Source of the DNA: a virus
IMG/VR virus record: IMGVR_UViG_3300036828_000142
Coordinates: 1 to 64,000 of that record
Strand: one strand, 5' to 3'
Length of the DNA: 64,000 nt
In this document: piece after piece, positions 57,115-64,000 of the stretch
Numbering within the stretch: position 1 is the stretch's first letter
Layout: every line of letters starts with the position of its first letter
The notes under the pieces: generated by a model
What the model saw: only the letters and a program-made list of their open reading frames with translations
What the model was told of the DNA's origin: nothing
Databases searched by the model: none
Position numbers and translations under genes: made by a program

Positions 57115-60100
57115 GCCCCGTCCTCAAATACTGGGATGCGGCGAGCAGTGCGTACCTGCCCGTCAGCATCGCGGGACCACCCGGACCGACCGGGCCGATT
57201 GGACCTCCGAACATCCAGGGGGTGCTGACCGACCCGTCGCAGCTTCCGGCGAACGGCAACACTGGTGACGCCTACGTGGTGCTCCGCACCGCTCCGGGCG
57301 GCCCAGGACCTACGGGACCGACCGGACCAACAGGACCTCCTGCGACCGTTGCGGTCACGGCCGCGCGGGGGTACCGGAACACTGCGTTTACGCTCGTGGC
57401 GAGCGGGAACAGCTACATACCGTTGGACACGGCGAGCTTCGACACGGGCGGGATGCTCGACCTGCCGAACGGACGCATCGTCGCGAAGGTCGCGGGCTAC
57501 TACGCGGTTGAAGCGAATCTCTACTTCTCTGCCGCTGCCAGCGGCTGCGTCGTCACGATAACGAAGAACCACGCCCAACAGATGACGGTAGGCGTGAATA
57601 CGCCAGGGCAGGTTTCCTCGACTGCGGCCGATGTCCTTTACCTCAACGCTGGGGATTACCTCGAACTGAGCTGCTACAACCAGGGCGCTGCGGTAGCCGT
57701 AACGAACGTTGCTGGCGGCAACTACCTCGCGGTGACAATGATCACCGCAGGCGCGGGACCGGTAGGCCCGACCGGAGCGACAGGGGCGACCGGGCCAGCC
57801 GTCACCCCGCCGTCGGTCGTTGCAGCACACGCCTACCGAGCCGCTGCGTACACGCTGACCTCCCAGGCGTGGCAGGCGATCCCGCTTGACACCAAGGCAT
57901 ACGACACCGGGAACAACTTCAACACGGCCACCGGCAAGTTCGTCGCTCCGGTGGCGGGCTACTACCTGTGCACCGGGATGGTGGGGTCCACGCCGGGTAC
58001 GACGGGAATCCTTGTCGGGCTTCAGCTCAACTCGACCACGCCTGCTACTCGTGGCTCGGCCGCAGCCGCTGTTGGTGCCCCGCTCGGGATCATGGCGGGC
58101 AACGTCGCCGAGGTGATCCACTGCAACGCGGGGGATACGCTCGCACTGGCGTGCTTCCCGGCGGCAGGTGACGTGCTCTACAGCGGGACTGCTGCCACGT
58201 ACCTGACGGTGGTGCTGATCACCGCTGGTGCGGGACCCACCGGACCCGTCGGACCAGCATCGACGGTCCCAGGACCTACTGGTCCCTCGGGGCCTACCGG
58301 TCCAGGAGCTAGCGGGCTGAAGCTCGTGCGGCCAAACGCCAACTACCTGGCGCGACCGAACGATCTCGTGGTCCCGAACAGCAGCATCACCGTCACGCTC
58401 CCCGACGACACGAGCAACGGCGGGTCCGGCACGGTGCCAGACGGGGCGATCATCCAAGTGGTGGGCAACTCCGACTACGGGCAGTGGATCTCGCTGGCGG
58501 TCGAGGGTTACAGCGGGATCTACGGCCCCGACAGTGCGCCGATCAACTACCTGCAAGGCCGGTGGTCGCAGAGCTACACGTTCCTGTATTCCCTCAGTGA
58601 CGCGATGTGGATGGTGCTCGACACCACCGTGCCCGCGATGGGTGTTGCGCAGGTGCAATCCCCGGCAGGAACGGGAGCGGCCGTGCAGGCTCGCGTCGGC
58701 GACTTGGTGATGCCTCGTGGCACGGGTGCGACTGTGACGCTGCCGTCGGGCGGGACGGTCGCTGGCTACACGACGGCGTACACGGGCTCGGTGGTCGAGG
58801 TCGTTGCGCTCGCGGACAACGTGCCTGTCACGCCCGCGCGATCCAACGACCCGCTGGTCCTGCTCGACGGCACCATCTTGCCTGCGGGCGCGGCGTACAC
58901 GGTGCCGATGGGTACGAGCGCGACCTTCCAGTGTGCTGCTGGCTGGGGTCGCTGGCAGGTCGTGAGGCAATCACAGCCGCCCGTGTCGTTCGGTATGACC
59001 GCACCCAACCCCCGGAACGGGTCCACGGTATGGGTGCAAGGGCAGCCAACCGCTCTGTCGGCGATCCAGACCATTGGTGCGAACTCGGCCAGCGGTACGT
59101 CCGTATCGTTGGGCACCCACCAGCCGGGGGACATGATCATCATGGTCGCGCGGCGGGCGAACAACACGCCGCCAACGATCCCGGCTGCGGGCGGCACCGT
59201 GCCGCCGTGGACGCAGATTTTCGGGGCTACCGGCGTGAACACCCTGAGCCACGTCGTCGCCTTCACGATTGCGACAGCCAGCAACCATACGTCGGGCACG
59301 TGGACGAACGCGGCCAACGTCGGGATGATGGTGTTGCGCGGCAACCGTGCGCTGAGCATCGGGGCGAGCGCCTCGGGCTCGGGCGCGACTTCCGCCGTCA
59401 CCTTCCCAGCGCTGACGTTGCAAAGAGCCGACGGCACATCGTGGGGTCTGCGTATCCACAACCGGGCCGGGACCGGTAACACGATGGTGAACCCGCCTGC
59501 GCCGTGGCTGAACGTGTGGACGCAGCCTTCCGGTTCAAGCGCCCTCCTGGGACTGTGGGTCGCGGCACCGATCAGCGCCAACCCGACCGCCGACCTGGTG
59601 ACGGGCGGGTCGAACGCTGCGTGGGAGGCCGACACCATCGAGATCCTCGTCGCGCCGCCACCGACACCGCCCGTGCCGGTGCTCAACCTGTGGGATGGGC
59701 TGAAGTGGGAGGTGGCGTCGCCGTCCGGCACAGCGAGCGGCGACCTGGGTGGAAGCTACCCGAGCCCGACGCTGGCGATTCCCCGCGCCAGATCAAAGAC
59801 GCTCTCCATTCCGGCTTCGATGACGAATGGCAGTGTGACCGTCACGACTTCGGGGTGGACGCTGGGCAACGGCATGGCGGTCAGCGGCAACGGCATCGCA
59901 GTTCCACGCGCCGGTTATTACAGAATCTGGGGCCAAGTCACGATTGCACCCGTGGCTTCGGGTACTGGTGCCTACATACAGCTCACACCACAACTGAACG
60001 GAGCCAACACCCAAGATGGCATCGGCACAATGGCGCTCACCCCGAACACTTCATACGCCAGCGTGACCTGTTTCGATGAGGTCCACTGCAACGCTGGCGA

Positions 60101-60188
60101 CGTGCTGACGCTCCAGTTCACCAACGCAACGGGTGTAGCGCTCAACTCAAACGGCGGCGTGTTTGTCGCGGAGTATGTGGGGCAATGA
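57111..60188 (+). CDS. Tail fibre protein with collagen and C1q-like domains
   Basis: GTG at 57111; GPT repeats; three C1q/TNF-like modules. Confidence 0.85.
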   Translation: MSPVLKYWDAASSAYLPVSIAGPPGPTGPIGPPNIQGVLTDPSQLPANGNTGDAYVVLRTAPGGPGPTGPTGPTGPPATVAVTAARGYRNTAFTLVASGNSYIPLDTASFDTGGMLDLPNGRIVAKVAGYYAVEANLYFSAAASGCVVTITKNHAQQMTVGVNTPGQVSSTAADVLYLNAGDYLELSCYNQGAAVAVTNVAGGNYLAVTMITAGAGPVGPTGATGATGPAVTPPSVVAAHAYRAAAYTLTSQAWQAIPLDTKAYDTGNNFNTATGKFVAPVAGYYLCTGMVGSTPGTTGILVGLQLNSTTPATRGSAAAAVGAPLGIMAGNVAEVIHCNAGDTLALACFPAAGDVLYSGTAATYLTVVLITAGAGPTGPVGPASTVPGPTGPSGPTGPGASGLKLVRPNANYLARPNDLVVPNSSITVTLPDDTSNGGSGTVPDGAIIQVVGNSDYGQWISLAVEGYSGIYGPDSAPINYLQGRWSQSYTFLYSLSDAMWMVLDTTVPAMGVAQVQSPAGTGAAVQARVGDLVMPRGTGATVTLPSGGTVAGYTTAYTGSVVEVVALADNVPVTPARSNDPLVLLDGTILPAGAAYTVPMGTSATFQCAAGWGRWQVVRQSQPPVSFGMTAPNPRNGSTVWVQGQPTALSAIQTIGANSASGTSVSLGTHQPGDMIIMVARRANNTPPTIPAAGGTVPPWTQIFGATGVNTLSHVVAFTIATASNHTSGTWTNAANVGMMVLRGNRALSIGASASGSGATSAVTFPALTLQRADGTSWGLRIHNRAGTGNTMVNPPAPWLNVWTQPSGSSALLGLWVAAPISANPTADLVTGGSNAAWEADTIEILVAPPPTPPVPVLNLWDGLKWEVASPSGTASGDLGGSYPSPTLAIPRARSKTLSIPASMTNGSVTVTTSGWTLGNGMAVSGNGIAVPRAGYYRIWGQVTIAPVASGTGAYIQLTPQLNGANTQDGIGTMALTPNTSYASVTCFDEVHCNAGDVLTLQFTNATGVALNSNGGVFVAEYVGQ

Positions 60189-62230
60189 GCAGCGGCAATC
60201 TATACGTGGGGGATCTCTACATCCGGGAGGGTGGCACCTGGCAGGAGGCCGGGCTAATCCAGGGCGGACCTGGACCGTCTGGACCGACTGGGCCGACGGG
60301 ACCGGCCGGTCCGTCGAGCCTGGGGCTGTCCTATGCGGCCAGGGCGTACCGCGCGGGGGCGTTCACAGTGAGCACAGGCAGCGCCTGGACCGCCATCCCG
60401 GTGGACACCATCAGCCACGACGCCAACGGCTGCATTGCCACCAACAACGGCTGGTACACATGCCCGGTGGCCGGGGTCTACGACGTGGCCGTCAACCTAT
60501 ACATCAACACTCCTGGCACGACCTACGTCAACCAGGCGGTCGGCATCTTCCTGAACGGCTCTGTAGTCAGCATGTTCAACATCGACGTAGCGATGAGTTC
60601 GTACGGCGGACTGAGTCATTCCGACAAGATCAAGTGCAACGCGGGCGACCGCCTGCAACTGGCGGCGTTCATCTCGTCCGCACCACAGGCACTGCTTATC
60701 AACGGGGCCTGCAACTTCCTGTCCGTGTCGCTCGCGAGCGGCGGCGGACCCACTGGACCCACCGGACCGGCGGGAGGGCCAGCAGGCCCAACGGGACCGA
60801 CAGGACCGACCGGCCCGGCTGCAACGACGACCGCCGCGCGGGCGTATCGCCAGGCGGCGTTCACCACCACCGCAAGTTGGACGAAGGTGCCGCTGGATAC
60901 CGCCAGCTTCGACACCCAGGGCAACATGCTCAACCTCGTGAACGGCCGGATCGTCTGTCCGGTGGCAGGCATCTACGCGGTGGACGCGAACCTTCTCGTC
61001 CCAACCAGCGCTACCGGGACGTATACCAACATCGCTGTCGGGATCAACAAGAACGGCAGCCAGATCGCGCAGAACTACTCCACGCCTGCGATTGCGAACT
61101 TCGGGTCAGCAACGATCTCGGACAAGGTTCAGTGCAACGCTGGGGACTACCTCGAACTGTTCGTAATCGACTCGCAGGGCGGCGCGCTATGGCAAGGCTC
61201 GCCAGCGAACTACCTGTCCGTCGCGCTGCTCACAGCGGGGCAAGGACCGACAGGACCAGCGGGACCGGCGGTAGGACCAACAGGCCCGACTGGACCGACT
61301 GGGCCGACGGGTCCGCCAGCGACCGTCACAGTCACGGCGGCGCGCGCATACCGGAACGCGGCGTTCACGCTTCCTGCTGGAGCGTGGACGAAGATTCCGC
61401 TGGACACTGCCAACTACGACGTGGCCAACAACATGCTGAACCTTGTCAACGGCCGATTGGTGTGTCCGACGACAGGGCTCTACGACATTGCTGCTATGGC
61501 CCAGCTAAACATGCCGGGGACCGCCACGCAAGTAACTATGGGCGCTGCGATCTACAAGAACGGTGGCGTGGTTACGGAGTCGGCGTCCATCGTCACGATG
61601 TCGGGCTACGCAACTGCTGTTGTCTCCGACAAGATCCAGTGCAACGCAGGGGATTACCTCGAACTGTGGGCGTACAACCAGCAAGGTCTGGGTGTCGGGG
61701 CCTATACGATGACTACGTTCCTCGCGGCGGCGCTGATCACAGCGGGCGCAGGACCGCCTGGCCCGCCGGGACCGCCCGGTGGGGTGCAGCCAGCGATGAG
61801 GATGACGCTTGCGAACAGCATGGCGATAGCGCTGAACGTCGCGACGATGCTTGCGTTCGACACTCCCGGTTGGGCGCAGGGCGGAATGATCCGCTCGCCG
61901 AACGGTGGCTTCATCGTGCCGGTCGCTGGGGTCTACCAGGTCATCTGCAACATGCTCTGGAACACAGACATCGCGACTGGGCGCGTGGACTACATGATCG
62001 TCAACTACACCCAGCAGGGGCTGGCTGGTGGCGACGTATCCAGCGCCTTTGGCGGCGGCGGCATTTTCGCTCACGTCAACGGCCAGTATCAGTCGAGTAG
62101 TTTCTCCGGGCTCGTACAAGCCAACGCGGGCGATGTGCTCGGCGTGGTGCTGATGAACCGTGCGGGGGCGGGGACGATCTACGGCGTCGGTAACTGGACG
62201 ATGGCGCACTGTGTCCGAGTGAGCAGCTAA
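60185..62230 (+). CDS. Collagen/C1q-like repeat fibre protein (4 modules)
   Basis: AARAYR..F...W..PLDT...CPVAG.Y...CNAGDYLEL repeats separated by GPT runs. Confidence 0.85.
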   Translation: MSSGNLYVGDLYIREGGTWQEAGLIQGGPGPSGPTGPTGPAGPSSLGLSYAARAYRAGAFTVSTGSAWTAIPVDTISHDANGCIATNNGWYTCPVAGVYDVAVNLYINTPGTTYVNQAVGIFLNGSVVSMFNIDVAMSSYGGLSHSDKIKCNAGDRLQLAAFISSAPQALLINGACNFLSVSLASGGGPTGPTGPAGGPAGPTGPTGPTGPAATTTAARAYRQAAFTTTASWTKVPLDTASFDTQGNMLNLVNGRIVCPVAGIYAVDANLLVPTSATGTYTNIAVGINKNGSQIAQNYSTPAIANFGSATISDKVQCNAGDYLELFVIDSQGGALWQGSPANYLSVALLTAGQGPTGPAGPAVGPTGPTGPTGPTGPPATVTVTAARAYRNAAFTLPAGAWTKIPLDTANYDVANNMLNLVNGRLVCPTTGLYDIAAMAQLNMPGTATQVTMGAAIYKNGGVVTESASIVTMSGYATAVVSDKIQCNAGDYLELWAYNQQGLGVGAYTMTTFLAAALITAGAGPPGPPGPPGGVQPAMRMTLANSMAIALNVATMLAFDTPGWAQGGMIRSPNGGFIVPVAGVYQVICNMLWNTDIATGRVDYMIVNYTQQGLAGGDVSSAFGGGGIFAHVNGQYQSSSFSGLVQANAGDVLGVVLMNRAGAGTIYGVGNWTMAHCVRVSS

Positions 62231-62240
62231 AGGAGATCGC

Positions 62241-62897
62241 ATGATCCTCGCCCAACTCGACCTCGATCAAGACCCGGCCGTGGTTCTGGTGCTCTACGAC
62301 TACGCGAACGACACTCCGCCGTCGAACATGGTCGAGCCCGAATACGTGGACGTGACCGACGTGAGCCCGATGCCGCAGCCGGGGTTCACGTACGACGGCG
62401 AAACGTGGACTCCGGGGGTTCCGCAACAGCGAGCGGACAACCGCGACTCCATCGAGAACGAGCTGCGCAAGGAGCACGCAGCCAACGAAGCGTTCCTCGT
62501 CTTGGAAGCGCCCACCAGCGACGAGCTGGCCGCGCAGGTGACCGCGCTGACGGTGCAGTGCCAGGGGTTCATCCGCACCTCGTTGCAGGAGTACGACGAA
62601 ACCGTTCCGCCGCCAGCGCGAGTTCCCGGCGAGCGCGCTCTCGATTCCGTGAGCCCGAGCGAAGGTCCAGCCGCAGGCGGTACCGAGGTCACGCTGCGCG
62701 GCTCCGGGTTCACGAACATTGGCGGGGTCAGGTTCGAGGGAGTCGGGCAGACGGGCTGGGCGTGGTCGTTTGAGGTTGTTGACGACGAGACGATCACGTG
62801 CCCCACGCCGCCGATGCCGGTCGGAACGGTGGACGTGATCGCGTTTGACGGCGATCCCGGTGACGCGGTGCTGGAGAACGGGTTCACATACACATGA
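62241..62897 (+). CDS. IPT/TIG-domain protein
   Basis: SVSPSEGPAAGGTEVTLRGSGF...ITCPTP..GTVDV...FTY. Confidence 0.85.
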   Translation: MILAQLDLDQDPAVVLVLYDYANDTPPSNMVEPEYVDVTDVSPMPQPGFTYDGETWTPGVPQQRADNRDSIENELRKEHAANEAFLVLEAPTSDELAAQVTALTVQCQGFIRTSLQEYDETVPPPARVPGERALDSVSPSEGPAAGGTEVTLRGSGFTNIGGVRFEGVGQTGWAWSFEVVDDETITCPTPPMPVGTVDVIAFDGDPGDAVLENGFTYT

Positions 62898-63694
62898 GCC
62901 CCGTAATGAAATACTGGGACGAGAACGCCCAGGCGTACGTCGAGCTGGGGCTACGCGGCGTTCAAGGTCCGCCAGGTCCCGCAGGTGACGCGATCCCAGC
63001 GGGGCACATCATGGCGTTCGGGGGCGTGTCTCCTGCGACCGGGTGGCTGATGTGCGACGGCTCGGCGGTGCTGCGCTCCGCGTACCCGGCGCTGTTCGCC
63101 GCGATCTCCACTCGGTTCGGCGCGGGCGATGGCTCGACCACGTTCAATCTGCCGAACCTCCAGGACCGCGTGCCGGTCGGTGCCAGCGGCACCAAGGCGG
63201 TCGGGTCTACGGGGGGCGAATCGGCGCACACGACCACCATCACCGAGTTGCCCTTGCACAGCCACAACGGGGTGACGGCTGGTGGTACGACCGGCGGCGG
63301 CACGTCGGGCAACACCGACGTGGACCACTACCACGCGGGCACCACCAACGCCGCCGACCGCAGCCTCGCGCACGACCACACGCTCGGCAACAACGCCTGG
63401 GCGACCCTGTTCGACCGGGTTGTCGGCTCTGGCAACTACGCGCAGCTCCAGACCGTCAGCGGCGGCGCTGCCTGGTGGAGCGGCGCGAACTGGACCAACG
63501 GACAGTCCATCTCAATCGACCACCTCCACTCGTTCACGACGAACTGGCAGTCGCAGCAGTACGCCACGAACAACCACAGCCACTCGATCCCCGGCCTGTC
63601 GGTACCGGGGCTTGGTATCGCTGCGCAGGGGGGTGGCGCGGCCCACAACAACATGCAGCCGTACGTCGCGATGAACTACGTCATCAAATACTGA
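62894..63694 (+). CDS. Tail-collar fibre protein with His-x-His needle
   Basis: GWLMCDGSAV.R..YP.LF...TTFNLP; HSH/HDH repeats; HNNMQPY...YVIK. Confidence 0.9.
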   Translation: MSPVMKYWDENAQAYVELGLRGVQGPPGPAGDAIPAGHIMAFGGVSPATGWLMCDGSAVLRSAYPALFAAISTRFGAGDGSTTFNLPNLQDRVPVGASGTKAVGSTGGESAHTTTITELPLHSHNGVTAGGTTGGGTSGNTDVDHYHAGTTNAADRSLAHDHTLGNNAWATLFDRVVGSGNYAQLQTVSGGAAWWSGANWTNGQSISIDHLHSFTTNWQSQQYATNNHSHSIPGLSVPGLGIAAQGGGAAHNNMQPYVAMNYVIKY

Positions 63695-63707
63695 CTGAGG
63701 AGCCCGA

Positions 63708-64000
63708 ATGCCCAACCTCTACTACGTCGGGATGCAGCTCTTGGCCGACGACCCGGATGCGCTGCTTGAACGGCTGTCGGCGCTGACCCTCGAAGATGGC
63801 GAAGGGATCACCTCGATCACCCAGCAGCCGGAGAGCGTCCCGGTACCACCCCACCTGTCGCCCATCGTGCCGCCGCCGCCGCCGCTGACCGGACGGACCC
63901 TCAGCCTGGTGAACCCGTCCGAAGGCCCGGTCAGCGGTGGCATCACGATCACGCTGCATGGCAGCGGCTTCACGGGCATCGGCGGTGTTCGCTTCGAGCG
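63708..64000 (+). CDS. Second IPT/TIG-domain protein (truncated by window end)
   Basis: GAGGAG RBS; NPSEGPVSGG..ITLHGSGFTGIGGVRFE, paralogous to ORF 62241. Confidence 0.75.
   Translation, partial: MPNLYYVGMQLLADDPDALLERLSALTLEDGEGITSITQQPESVPVPPHLSPIVPPPPPLTGRTLSLVNPSEGPVSGGITITLHGSGFTGIGGVRFE

Noticed and set aside
53940-61790. Dense GGACCGACC-type repeats as a CRISPR array or satellite
   Set aside because: They are in-frame Gly-Pro-Thr collagen codons with no constant repeat/unique spacer pattern, and no cas genes are seen
54960-62230. Diversity-generating retroelement acting on fibre modules
   Set aside because: No reverse transcriptase in the window and no near-identical TR/VR pair differing only at adenines; the modules differ at many positions
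1-64000. tRNA/tmRNA genes, integrase/att site, genome-wide stop-codon recoding
   Set aside because: No cloverleaf with a T-loop recognised by eye and no recombinase; TAG, TGA and TAA all terminate well-defined genes. tRNAscan/ARAGORN not run.

Overview
This 64 kb window is part of a high-GC tailed bacteriophage genome with a contractile tail (myovirus-type). The host is probably an actinobacterium; several proteins resemble those of Solirubrobacterales/Thermoleophilia, which is an inference from recall. 1-25 kb: dense, mostly + strand, translationally coupled small early/middle genes (SSB, three HNH-type endonucleases, DNA amino-methyltransferase, HAD phosphatase, GT2-TPR glycosyltransferase, two DUF5662/HD-like proteins, an RlpA-like secreted protein, a secreted collagen-like protein and many ORFans). 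25-35 kb: putative head-packaged polyproteins, small membrane proteins and BppU/collagen proteins, interleaved with small early-type cassettes. 35-64 kb: protease/scaffold, decoration protein, major capsid, neck, sheath, tube, LAGLIDADG endonuclease, frameshifted tail chaperone, tape measure with lysozyme and NlpC/P60 domains, baseplate hub and a large collagen/C1q-like fibre cluster. No terminase, portal, integrase, polymerase, tRNA or CRISPR array was recognised. Most notable observations: (i) fibre proteins carry complementary halves of a split domain, suggesting plug-and-socket assembly of a branched fibre; (ii) head polyproteins share a propeptide-like module and recurrent L-x-E|A sites; (iii) a genome-wide 19-bp palindromic operator/promoter cassette and a separate late-promoter motif; (iv) several structured non-coding RNA candidates. 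All family names come from motif recognition by eye, not from database searches.
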